Shown: positions 9,427 through 19,019, counted from the stretch's first letter. The stretch is DNA of 64,000 bases from Bacilli bacterium (GCA_017468925.1 JAFUHI010000009.1:360820-424819), one strand, 5' to 3'. Translations and numbers: made by a program. The notes: generated from the letters alone by a model not told the origin.

Positions 9427-10868
9427 AAAGAGATAGCGTTAAGGTAAATTTTATTTTTCAACTGGTTTATCAGTTTGCTCTTTTGATTTTGCCGTTAATT
9501 ACATCGCCCATAGTGACACGTGCTTTGGGCGATACTGGATTAGGAAATTATGCATATATCAATAGTATCGCGTATTATTTTTTGATTGTTTGTAATCTAG
9601 GGATAGCGAAATATGGTCAAAGACTGATTGCGTCAAACCGAGAAGATGATACGAAATTAAGAAAATCATTTTGGAGTCTTTTCGCTACTCATTCAGCAGT
9701 CTCTCTCTTGTCAATAACCGCTTATATTTTCTTTGTATCATTGTTTGTCAGAGACAATGTGAATATCTATTGGCTTAATCTTTTGTATATTGCTTCTGCG
9801 ATGTTTGATGTAACGTGGTTATTTTATGGGTTAGAAAACTTCAAGAGCGTCGCTTTAAAAAATCTTGCCATAAGAATCGTCTGTTTTATCTTTATATTGA
9901 TTTTTGTCAAAACAAAAAGCGATCTTTGGATTTATGCTCTTGTGCAATTCGGTAGCATTCTGCTCGGAAATCTTGCTCTTTTCCCGTTTGTTTTTAAAAA
10001 CATCAAGCCGGTTAAGTTTTCTTTTAAAGAATGTCTCGTTCACTTCAAACCAATGCTTGTTTTGTTTGTTTCTGTGCTCGCCGTTACGTTATACACCGTT
10101 TTTGATAAGACATTGCTTGGCATTTTAACGACGAAAGAAAATGTTGCCTATTATGAATATGCCAACAAGATTATAGACATCCCTAAGGCATTTATAGTTA
10201 TCATTGGCACCGTCATGTTTCCTAAAGCGTGCGCAGCAGCGAATCGTAGCGACATAATCACCCAGAAAAAATACGCAAATTATTCATATATGATGGTAGC
10301 ATTTATTGCCTTTGGCTCTATTTTTGGCTTGCTTGGCATTGGCAAATTATTCGCCGAAGTTTATTACGGTCGGGATTTTGTTGAATCGGGCAATGTTATA
10401 TTAATGCTGTGTCCAATTATATTGACGGTTGGATTGGGCGATGTCGTTCGAAGTTTGTTTTTGATTCCACAAAAGAAAGACACCATATACGTAATTTCAA
10501 TATGTCTAAATGCGGCATTAAATCTTTTGCTGTCGTATTTGCTGATTCCGGTAATTGGAATTGGCGGCGCAGTAGTTGGAACAATTGCCGCAGATGCGTT
10601 TGGACTAATTTTTCAATCGATAGTATGCAGGAAATATATTGAGTTTAAAAACGTTTTTAAGCCTATTTTTATATATTTAGTGTGCGGAGTTCTTGCTTTT
10701 GGGATAATGAGAACAATCGATGTGATCGCAGCCCCTAAACAAATCATTTTGCTAATAAAATTTTTTGTCGGCTTCTTGTCATATACCATTTTGTCTGGGG
10801 TTTTGACTGTTTTTTTCTTCCCAGAATTATCTGGAAAAATACTTGTTTTTGCAAAAAGAAAAAAATAA
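9423..10868 (+). CDS. wzx: Wzx polysaccharide flippase
   Basis: Polytopic membrane protein; LPLITSPIVTRALG, WLFYGLENF, DKTLLG motifs. Confidence 0.9.
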   Translation: MKRDSVKVNFIFQLVYQFALLILPLITSPIVTRALGDTGLGNYAYINSIAYYFLIVCNLGIAKYGQRLIASNREDDTKLRKSFWSLFATHSAVSLLSITAYIFFVSLFVRDNVNIYWLNLLYIASAMFDVTWLFYGLENFKSVALKNLAIRIVCFIFILIFVKTKSDLWIYALVQFGSILLGNLALFPFVFKNIKPVKFSFKECLVHFKPMLVLFVSVLAVTLYTVFDKTLLGILTTKENVAYYEYANKIIDIPKAFIVIIGTVMFPKACAAANRSDIITQKKYANYSYMMVAFIAFGSIFGLLGIGKLFAEVYYGRDFVESGNVILMLCPIILTVGLGDVVRSLFLIPQKKDTIYVISICLNAALNLLLSYLLIPVIGIGGAVVGTIAADAFGLIFQSIVCRKYIEFKNVFKPIFIYLVCGVLAFGIMRTIDVIAAPKQIILLIKFFVGFLSYTILSGVLTVFFFPELSGKILVFAKRKK

Positions 10869-10897
10869 TTTTTTCTGTCGTATAATATAATTTATAA

Positions 10898-13738
10898 ATG
10901 CCAGGGTGCTGCATGTTATTTTTTGAAAAAGTCAGGCAAAGAATAAAAGTTTGGTTGTTGAAGATAAAAGAAAGCTTTATCGACTCGTTTCCGTCTGAAT
11001 ATTTAAGTTTTGGCAAGAATAAAAAATTTGCTTTTGTCGCTTGTTATATCACAATGCTTCTTGCCGTGTTTGGTACCGTGTTATTTCAGGCGCCTAACTT
11101 TATAGATTGGAGTTTAAATACATATTTCATTTTCATTTGGATTGCGCTGGCAGTTTTGCTTTTTATTTTTGATTATAAAAAATTTATTTTTTCTTTTTTT
11201 CGAAGTTTTGTTTTTTTGATTCCATTTTTGTTATATTTGTCAATTGCTGTAGCATTTGGAATTAACGCATATTCTAGCGAGTTAACTAGATACATTCTTT
11301 TGTCGTTCTTTATTCTAATTCTGGGTTCTTCTTTTGCGCCTTATATAAATAGCAGGAATAGGAGATGGATTTTCGGTTCCTTCTCTCTAGCTGCATTTTT
11401 TCTTGCACTTTTAACTTATATTTTGGTCCTAAGGGGAACTGATTTAAGCAGTCCAACTTATGCGTATGAAAGCAAAAACTCTACAGGACCCATTTTGTTA
11501 TGCGCTTCTGTCTTCTTGTTTTTTAGCTCTACATCAAGCAAATTTCTCCACAGAATTCTTAGATGGCTTGGGGCTCTATTTTTTATAGTAATGATTGCAA
11601 TAATGAAATGCAGAGCAGTTTTGGTTGCTGCCCCGTTCGTTTATCTTGTAGTTTTTTTGTACACAAAGCCGACAAACGTCCAAATAACTATTGTTTTTTC
11701 TATTGTTATGTTGGCCATAATATTGATTTTTTCCATACCTTCAATCAGAGAAACGATTATTGATAATATTTTGTTCAATAACAAGACGAATTTAGATAGC
11801 CTTTCATCCGGGAGAATCTCATCGATTATCAAGGCGTTTGAGATGTTCAGACCATTCCTTGGCAGTGGCGATACTTATGTGGATTGCTTCCCGGTGCAAC
11901 TCATTTGTAGTTTCGGAATTTTTGGTTCCATTATGCTTTTGCCATTTATTGGATTGCGTTTTTATGCGCTTTACTTGGCAAAAAAACGTGAAAACAACAG
12001 GGCAAATTTTTATTTATTATTAATTTTAACTATTTTCTTTATGATGAATTCACTTTTGGAGGGTCATGGTGCATTTGGTCCAGGTGCAAGATCATTTGTT
12101 TACTGGCTTGTCATAGGTTTTCATATTGGCAGAACTCGTTTAATGCCATTGACAAATCAATGTGAGAAACTATGTGTAAAGACCACTCCGGATATAGTTT
12201 TTACAGCACTTTCTGCTCTTTTAGTTGTTTTGACATCAGCCATTTCTGTAATACCCAATGCCTTTAGTAGTTTATCTTTGAAAGTTTACGATAGAATAGA
12301 CCGCTCTGTAGTCTCTGGCGAATTTGTCGCACCAACTTCTATTTCGGTAGAGGGTCCTAATAAGTTGTGCATTGGTCAAACTATAAAATTAAATGCTGTC
12401 ATTTATCCAGAAAACGTTTCTGATTGTGGGCATCAATGGGAATCGTGGTCGGCAGGCAATGTTTTAACCATAAACAAAGACACCGGTGAGATAACTGGAA
12501 TCGGGACCGGAAGCGTGACTGTCAATGTCATATCGTTATCCGATAGAAAAATACAATCTTCGAGAGTCGTTAGTGTAGTGCGTCCAGATGATTTTATATT
12601 TCCTGAATACACAATTAGTGTTGAAAAAAACTTAATGATGATAGGCGATAAAATGGAGATAGTATACGACAGAAATACAATTTCAAACCCAGAATGGTTG
12701 TTATTCTCATCCAGCGACAAAAGCGTTGCATCCGTTGATGAACACGGTGTTATAACGGCAGCCGGAAGCGGCGATTGTTTTATTTCATCTCAGCTAAAGA
12801 TTGGCAATAAGATAAAATCAAATGATATTTTGATTTCTGTTTCTGATGAAACAATAACCCCAGTTACGTCGATTGCTTTTGATGTCCCTAATGAAATCTA
12901 TCAATATGAGCCGCTTTCTTTGGAAACCAGATTAAATGAAGGCGCATCCAACACCGGAGTCAAATATAGTATTTCCGGCGTGCCCTATTCTTTCGAGAAT
13001 GGCAAATTAATACTAAAAAAAGGTGGAGAAGCAACCGTGACAGCCTCATCAATCAGTAATCCAGAGGTTGTTCTGACAAAAAGTATTAAAGTGCTGAAAA
13101 ATGAGCCCGTTAAGATCATCTTGGAACCTATTGATTGGTTGTACATCAACAACAAATACAAACTAAACATTGATGTGCAATACGAAAGCGGGATTGTGAG
13201 AAGAGCAACAAAAGATGAAGTAGTTACGGAATCTGCCCGCGTTTCTTTTGGAAAGAATGGAATTTGCGACGATGGATTCACTTTGTGCGCTATGTCGTCT
13301 GGTTATGCTCAATTTACATTCCGTTCCAAAGAAACCATTGGTTTGGCAAAAAGATTTAGTTTCAGCGTCAAAAAGGTTCCGTTCGAGCAAAATGTCATCT
13401 CGGCAGAAAGTTTTGGGCTGTTTGTTTTTTCCACAATCTTTAGCATTTTTGCTTTTGTGAGTTTGATGATTAAGGGTAAAAAACGGCATGTTTTTCTTGT
13501 TTTGCTCTTCGCTTTCTCCCTTGGCGCTCAACTGCTACTTGTTTTTTTGCAAATAAAAACCTGGAATCCTTTGTATTTAATATCGCTTATGATGCCATTA
13601 ATTCCTTGTATTATCATAACAGTTGCGTTTAGAAAGAAAAAATGGTCGCTTGGATATGATTCTAGATTGCCAGATTTTGAAGAATTTGAGCGAAAAGAAT
13701 TAGAAAAAAAGGATTTTTATTTCGAAGTGACAATATAA
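10898..13738 (+). CDS. O-antigen ligase/Wzy-like polymerase fused to Ig-like (Big_2-type) domains and C-terminal TM helices
   Basis: N-terminal multi-TM region with KCRA, LSSGRI, PFLGSG; then PTSISV...WES...GEITGIGTGSVTV and SSSDKSVASVDEHGVITAAGSG repeats; about 3 terminal TM segments. Confidence 0.7.
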   Translation: MPGCCMLFFEKVRQRIKVWLLKIKESFIDSFPSEYLSFGKNKKFAFVACYITMLLAVFGTVLFQAPNFIDWSLNTYFIFIWIALAVLLFIFDYKKFIFSFFRSFVFLIPFLLYLSIAVAFGINAYSSELTRYILLSFFILILGSSFAPYINSRNRRWIFGSFSLAAFFLALLTYILVLRGTDLSSPTYAYESKNSTGPILLCASVFLFFSSTSSKFLHRILRWLGALFFIVMIAIMKCRAVLVAAPFVYLVVFLYTKPTNVQITIVFSIVMLAIILIFSIPSIRETIIDNILFNNKTNLDSLSSGRISSIIKAFEMFRPFLGSGDTYVDCFPVQLICSFGIFGSIMLLPFIGLRFYALYLAKKRENNRANFYLLLILTIFFMMNSLLEGHGAFGPGARSFVYWLVIGFHIGRTRLMPLTNQCEKLCVKTTPDIVFTALSALLVVLTSAISVIPNAFSSLSLKVYDRIDRSVVSGEFVAPTSISVEGPNKLCIGQTIKLNAVIYPENVSDCGHQWESWSAGNVLTINKDTGEITGIGTGSVTVNVISLSDRKIQSSRVVSVVRPDDFIFPEYTISVEKNLMMIGDKMEIVYDRNTISNPEWLLFSSSDKSVASVDEHGVITAAGSGDCFISSQLKIGNKIKSNDILISVSDETITPVTSIAFDVPNEIYQYEPLSLETRLNEGASNTGVKYSISGVPYSFENGKLILKKGGEATVTASSISNPEVVLTKSIKVLKNEPVKIILEPIDWLYINNKYKLNIDVQYESGIVRRATKDEVVTESARVSFGKNGICDDGFTLCAMSSGYAQFTFRSKETIGLAKRFSFSVKKVPFEQNVISAESFGLFVFSTIFSIFAFVSLMIKGKKRHVFLVLLFAFSLGAQLLLVFLQIKTWNPLYLISLMMPLIPCIIITVAFRKKKWSLGYDSRLPDFEEFERKELEKKDFYFEVTI

Positions 13739-13877
13739 TTTAAATGCGTTTGGCGCTAACGTTAACTACATAATTCTTGTCTTTTGTTTGCGCGTCTATT
13801 GCTCGTCGTTAATGGGACAGCGTATTGGAAGAACACTTGAACAATTTGCAAAAAAGAACAAAATTGCTTTTAAAATA

Positions 13878-14914
13878 TAGAAGTATTTACAAAAAGGTTG
13901 CTCACTTTTTCTGATTATATCTATCTTTTATGCGATAAGTGATTTTAGATTGGAAGCATTTTAATTCCAATTGAGTCACTTTTTCATTGATGTTATATGC
14001 ATTGATAGTTGATCTAAAGACAATCCAATTGAGATAATCTTGCAAATTCTCGCTTCTTGAACCGATATGGATAATCATATTTCTTTCTATCTCTCCGCAG
14101 AAAGAATTGATGGGTTGCATATGTTTTTTTTGGATTCTCTGGCAACCGATTTCCATATTTCATCAGTCGCATTCAATTCTTTTATAAGTTTATCGTGAGA
14201 AAATATTCCATCATGAATAATGTGACTGCCAGGGGCGATATGTTTGCCATATGAACCAAGGCACTGCTTGCTTGATATATGCCCTCTTCCCACTATTTCG
14301 GCATATTTATTGCCGTTGTTGTCTATCGCGCAAGCAACCACTATTTGGTTAATGGATTGCCCTCGATATTTAAGACCATTAGCTTTTGTGACCAGATATC
14401 TTTTATTGACCGGTATTAATTTCTCATCGATCCAAACTGTGTTTGATAACATTGTTTCCTTTATCATTTGGCCCGCGACTTTATATATTTTCATTCTCCA
14501 CATATAGGCAGTTCTGCTGGATATGGATAAAACATCCATGATCGTTTCTATCTTGCTATCATCAATGACCAATATTATCAGCTTCCTTAATGTCTCTTTG
14601 TCTAGTTTCGCTGATGAAAACATTGTTTTAGTCGCTTCAAGAAATATTCTTTCGCATGACGAACATTTATATCTCTGTTTGCCTTCTCTTTTTCCGTTTT
14701 TCTTAAAAATGAAATCGCCGCAGAATGGGCAAAATAACTTCTTTGAATCCATCAAAAAAGTTCCTTTCTAAAACGTAAGCAACCATCAACGAAAGGAACT
14801 GTGCTAGCAAAACCAATATTGATGGCTGCCTACGTTCGTTTTACTAGCAAACTCATTATACAACAAAAGATTGCTGTCCTTAATCTATCAGCAACCTTTT
14901 TGTAAATACTTCTA
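13878..14914 (-). mobile_element. IS1595-family insertion sequence
   Basis: Perfect 25-bp terminal inverted repeats TAGAAGTATTTACAAAAAGGTTGCT at 13878-13902 and 14890-14914 enclosing a transposase. Confidence 0.9.
13902..14755 (-). pseudogene. IS1595-family transposase split by a -1 frameshift at an A8 run (pseudogene or programmed frameshift)
   Basis: CPFC...RYKCSSC zinc finger, HTH, WIDE and HDG catalytic motifs in 14087-14755; C-terminus (HMQPINSFC...LQDYLNW) in 13902-14156. Confidence 0.85.
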
Positions 14915-14964
14915 AAAATAAAACAATAATTCATTTTAATGATTTAAATTGATAAAATTTTCTT

Positions 14965-15462
14965 ATGAAAGAAGTATATAAAAATCTATTTGTTGGATCA
15001 CAATTTGATTATGAATGTAATCCTAAAATGTTCGATGATTGGTTTGTGGTTCATGCCTGTAAAGAACCTTATCACAGAAAAGCTTTAGGTTATACTGGGC
15101 GATCTGCGCCAAAGGACGACCCACGTTATTTATTTTTATATGATGAAAAGAACCATTTGATTTTAAATATGGTTGATACTGATTCTCCAGAATTCTTTCG
15201 AGACGAAATGATTAATGAAGCCATTTTTTATGTTATAGGAGGATTAAAAAAGGGGAAACGTGTTTTAATACATTGCAATCAAGGTGAGTCCAGAGCTCCA
15301 TCTCTAGCACTCCTTTTATTAAATCAATTAGGAGTGTTGTCTTGTGACTTTGATGAGGCAATTAAAGTATTTGTCAAATTTTATCCAGATTATATGCCAA
15401 AACTTGGAATTTTAACTTACGTGAGAAGGAGATGGGTCCATGAAACTAAGAATCGAAATTAA
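14965..15462 (+). CDS. Dual-specificity / protein-tyrosine phosphatase family protein
   Basis: NLFVGS N-terminus; VLIHCNQGESRAPS (HCX5R) active site. Confidence 0.88.
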   Translation: MKEVYKNLFVGSQFDYECNPKMFDDWFVVHACKEPYHRKALGYTGRSAPKDDPRYLFLYDEKNHLILNMVDTDSPEFFRDEMINEAIFYVIGGLKKGKRVLIHCNQGESRAPSLALLLLNQLGVLSCDFDEAIKVFVKFYPDYMPKLGILTYVRRRWVHETKNRN

Positions 15463-17620
15463 CAAATGCCATGGTATTTATTCCATCAATGAAACATTAG
15501 ATTTTAATGATAAACCAGTGATTATTCATGCTCCAAATGGGACATTTAAAACCTCTTTTTGCAAAACTTTAGTTGAATGGATAAACGGCAATGATTCATA
15601 TGATGTTGTTACAGGCGTTATCGGGAGCCGAATTGTAGAAATTAATGGCAAAGCAGCTAAACCTGATGAATTTGAAGTGTTTACTGATTTTTCTCATTCT
15701 CAACCATTAAGCAATTCAAAAGGAATTTTGTTAAATAATTCTTTGAGAACGGCCTACGATGCAGCGTTGTCAACTTACGAAAGTCTTAGAGATGGACTTT
15801 TGAATGCTGTTAGTAAAAAATATAAAATCAGTAAAATAGATATGGTTATTTGCAGAGTTTTTAATGCAAATGATGTGGATGTAGCTTTAAAGAAAATCTA
15901 CTTTAAATTATCTAGAAAAAAGAAACTAAAAGTGTTTACAGGCAATTATTCGGATTATTTTTCTGATACCATAGGGAAAAATATTTCAAAGGATCCATCT
16001 AAACAAATAATAGAAAAATATCAAAAGATATACAACAAGACTCTAAAAGAGGCTTTCATAAAGGAAGGAGTGTTTGATTTTTATAATTTAATAAATGTCT
16101 CCGAATCTCTTTCCGAAAATAATTATTTCGATGCAGGGAACATAATAGTATTAAATGGTGAAAAACCTATAACTACAACAAAAGAATTGAATTCATTTAT
16201 CGACAGCATTAAAAATGGTATTTCCAAAGATTCCGAACTTCAACAAGCTTTTATTGGGTTAGAAACCGATTTTTCAAAAAGAGGAATGAATAAAGTTGCT
16301 GAAAACATAAAGTCAGACCCTTCAATGGCTTTGCTTTATAAGAATTATTCTTCATTTGAAGAATCATATTTGCTTGACAAGTTCAATTCATTTAAATCTG
16401 ATCTTATTGATATAAATAAACAATATAAAATAAGTAGGAAGACCATTAAAAAAATAAAAAGTGAAGCTAAAAAAGACGATGAAATATGGCGAGATGTTAT
16501 CGACACATTCGATAATCGCTTTAGAATGCCGTTTGATATTGTTATTGCTGACACACCATCTGCTGTTCTTGGAATTGATGATGTTGCTTATACGTATAAG
16601 TATAGAGTCAACGGCAACACGTACGATGTTGATGAAAGCGTGCTAATTAGCGATGTTTTGTCAGAAGGAGAGTCTAGGGTGTTTAGTCTGTTAAATACTA
16701 TTTTTAGAATCAAAGAATTAGAAAAAAATGGAAAGCATAAAATTTTAGTGTTTGATGATGTGGCAGATGCTTTTGATTATTCTAACAAGCACGCCATAAT
16801 CGAATATTTAAGAGAGATTTCGCTAAATCCTTTGTTTGATGTTCTTGTTTTGACTCATAATTTTGATTTTTATAGACATTTTGGAAATAGAATTAGCGGA
16901 AGAGGATCATGCAAATTTGCATCTAGTGATGGATATGGGAATATCGCTTTTAGTGATGGAGAATATTTAAAAAATCTCTATACAAATTATTTGCGACAAA
17001 AAGCGATGGCACCTAATTCCCTTAATCATGCAATTGCAATTGTTCCGTTTGCAAGAGCGGCAGAAGAAATAATTAATCCAAATTATGAAACCAATGATAC
17101 GATCTATGATTTATTAACAAATATTTTGCATTATAGACCAAATAGTGGAGCAAGAATTACTGGCAATTCTTATGCTAAAAAGGTTGGGAAATTGTTGAAT
17201 ATGCAGCTCACCTCACTCATTGGGCACAAAACTAGATTGTATAAAATAATATATAATCAAGCCATACAAATTGCGGCATCGACTACGATAGACCAAAAAA
17301 TAGAGGAGAAGATTTTACTTTCGATGGCCATGAGAATTTTTGGTGAAAAATACATGATATATCACCTAAGAAATACTGGTGTTATAACTAACTCTTTCTG
17401 CTTGAATAATGTTCAGTTTGGGCAACTACTCGATTTATTCAGGAATAACAGCGGTAATAAACATGCAATTGATACGTTAGATTTAATAAGTATTTTTACT
17501 CCTATCGAAATACATGTTAATGGTTTTGCTTACGAACCGTTGATTGATTATTCAATTGTTAGACTTAGAAAACTATTTAAAGACCTGGATATGTTGCTTG
17601 GAAAAACACTGAGACCTTGA
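15440..17620 (+). CDS. SMC/RloC-like ABC ATPase (AAA_13-like), candidate anti-phage protein
   Basis: Walker A APNGTFKTS, long helical insert, signature LSEGE, Walker B LVFDD, H-loop LTHNFDF; C-terminal extension of about 230 aa. Confidence 0.75.
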   Translation: MKLRIEINKCHGIYSINETLDFNDKPVIIHAPNGTFKTSFCKTLVEWINGNDSYDVVTGVIGSRIVEINGKAAKPDEFEVFTDFSHSQPLSNSKGILLNNSLRTAYDAALSTYESLRDGLLNAVSKKYKISKIDMVICRVFNANDVDVALKKIYFKLSRKKKLKVFTGNYSDYFSDTIGKNISKDPSKQIIEKYQKIYNKTLKEAFIKEGVFDFYNLINVSESLSENNYFDAGNIIVLNGEKPITTTKELNSFIDSIKNGISKDSELQQAFIGLETDFSKRGMNKVAENIKSDPSMALLYKNYSSFEESYLLDKFNSFKSDLIDINKQYKISRKTIKKIKSEAKKDDEIWRDVIDTFDNRFRMPFDIVIADTPSAVLGIDDVAYTYKYRVNGNTYDVDESVLISDVLSEGESRVFSLLNTIFRIKELEKNGKHKILVFDDVADAFDYSNKHAIIEYLREISLNPLFDVLVLTHNFDFYRHFGNRISGRGSCKFASSDGYGNIAFSDGEYLKNLYTNYLRQKAMAPNSLNHAIAIVPFARAAEEIINPNYETNDTIYDLLTNILHYRPNSGARITGNSYAKKVGKLLNMQLTSLIGHKTRLYKIIYNQAIQIAASTTIDQKIEEKILLSMAMRIFGEKYMIYHLRNTGVITNSFCLNNVQFGQLLDLFRNNSGNKHAIDTLDLISIFTPIEIHVNGFAYEPLIDYSIVRLRKLFKDLDMLLGKTLRP

Positions 17621-17687
17621 TAGATTGTATTGTTACAGTCGGAAACTTTTTACTCATCTATAAAACTGGTATTTATATAGTCGGTGA

Positions 17688-18149
17688 AAGACAACGGCCA
17701 TCGCTGAAAAAATACCAAATGGAAAATATAGTCGATATTCCGACGATATCACCGTATCATCTTCCAAAAGAATACCAGTTAGTGTTCTCTGTGATATAGA
17801 AAATATCCTAGAAAATAATAAACTCATGATCAATCGCAAAAAAACACATTTTTCATCAAATGTTGATAATGTTTTGGTTACTGGCATTAGGATAAAAAGA
17901 AACGAATCTGTATCGTTGTCAACTTCATTTAAAAAAGATCTTAAAACAAGAATCTATCATAAGCTTAGATTTGGAAGCAATTCCGCGGAAAATGCATCGG
18001 TCTTGTTGGGCTTACTTAATTATTTAAAAATGATAGATATTCATTATTTTAACAAAATAAATGCAAAATATCTTTCGGAAGACGGTTTGACTTGCTGTGA
18101 ACAGCTTAAAAGAATAATCGCAACTGAGAAGCAAAAAAAGACTGTATGA
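17688..18149 (+). pseudogene. Retron-type reverse transcriptase, C-terminal half only (5' deleted)
   Basis: Open frame 17688-18149 reads ...KYSRYSDDITVSS (YSDD at 17736-17747)...INRKKT...VLVTGIRI...LLGLLNYLKMID; VTG is the retron region-Y signature; N-terminal RT motifs are absent. Confidence 0.8.
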
Positions 18150-18289
18150 TTTTCTAATATACAATTGTTTCGATAAAGAGAATGCCAGGCCATTTATATT
18201 GGTAAATTCTGTATCTAATAACATTTTGGAGAAAACTAAAGTATAGTAAAAAAATAGAATATAATAGATACAAAGATAATATTACTTTT

Positions 18290-18571
18290 ATGGTTGGAAC
18301 TATTACTGCGATATTTATTCTCGCGTTAGCGATTATTGGCTATGCCAACTTATATGTTCATAATCTTTTTTTGTTTTGCCTTTTGGTTGCAATTTTATTA
18401 GTGATTATAGATATATTTTTTAGCGTTTTTTGGATTGTTTTTAGATTAAAAACATATAAAAAAATGGTACCGCACGAACAAGTTGACTGTATTATGACAT
18501 TATTTATTAATGTAATCTCGCTCTTTTTTGCTATATTCGGAATAGTGTTTGTGACAATTTACCAGTTGTAA
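18290..18571 (+). CDS. Small hypothetical membrane protein (about 3 TM)
   Basis: 93 aa, three hydrophobic stretches. Confidence 0.55.
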   Translation: MVGTITAIFILALAIIGYANLYVHNLFLFCLLVAILLVIIDIFFSVFWIVFRLKTYKKMVPHEQVDCIMTLFINVISLFFAIFGIVFVTIYQL

Positions 18572-18644
18572 AAGAAGTGATTAAAAGGTTGTGGCACAAC
18601 CATTAATTGTTTTAAGGGCTCTAATTTGTTTTAATATGTGGTAG

Positions 18645-18878
18645 TTACCCTAGAAGCGCCTTCCCCGGTAACCGCTTTGAAATGGTGGGATTATCGTCTT
18701 TTTTACCATAGATACTTATAACAGGCATTTTGCATTTCTTTCTTAGTAGAATTATGGCTTCGGTCATCTCAGAAACATCGATAACTCCCTTATCGCATAA
18801 TTCTTCTAAGATATAAAGACAGATGTTATATTCGTAAGGGAGTTTCTTATCTAAGATAACCTTATCCTTATTGTGCAT
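18645..18878 (-). CDS. SHOCT-like small protein of the type found before serine recombinases
   Basis: Y...LYILEELCDKGVIDVSE...LRKK pattern; a conserved second copy at 20885-20977 supports coding status. Confidence 0.5.
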   Translation of the reverse strand: MHNKDKVILDKKLPYEYNICLYILEELCDKGVIDVSEMTEAIILLRKKCKMPVISIYGKKDDNPTISKRLPGKALLG

Positions 18879-18908
18879 AGTGGCGCCTGTTCCTTATGTG
18901 TCTATAAA
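18791..18908. repeat. Degenerate direct repeat, copy 1
   Basis: TATCGCATAATTCTTCTAAGATATAAAGACAGATGTT...GGGAGTTTCTTATCTAAGATAACCTTATCCTTATTGTGCATA aligns with 20890-20998. Confidence 0.85.
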
Positions 18909-19019
18909 TCCAATAATAAAAAGAATATTTCAAGTAATAATTTAATTAAGCGTCTATTAATAAATAGACATAAAAATGCCCATAAAGTATTATATTCAAG
19001 AAGAAATAAAGTATATATT

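Noticed and set aside
11150-11230. Poly-T tracts as phase-variation switches in the Wzy-Ig gene
   Set aside because: Runs are short, in frame and explained by Phe-rich TM codons in AT-rich DNA
13870-14921. Exact target-site duplication for the IS1595
   Set aside because: Flanks are similar (TAAAATA-like) but no exact 8-bp duplication could be assigned
17661-17687. Rescue of the RT by reading TGA as Trp (genetic code 4)
   Set aside because: An in-frame TAA lies at 17661-17663, and many genes in the window end in TGA
17617-17799. 60-aa ORF as a real gene or as the RT N-terminus
   Set aside because: No RT motifs; its second half is just the alternative frame of the RT remnant
18873-19019. N-terminal extension of the GT2 ORF in the track
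   Set aside because: Low-complexity sequence overlapping the repeat/promoter region; the GT2 fold starts at ATG 19020
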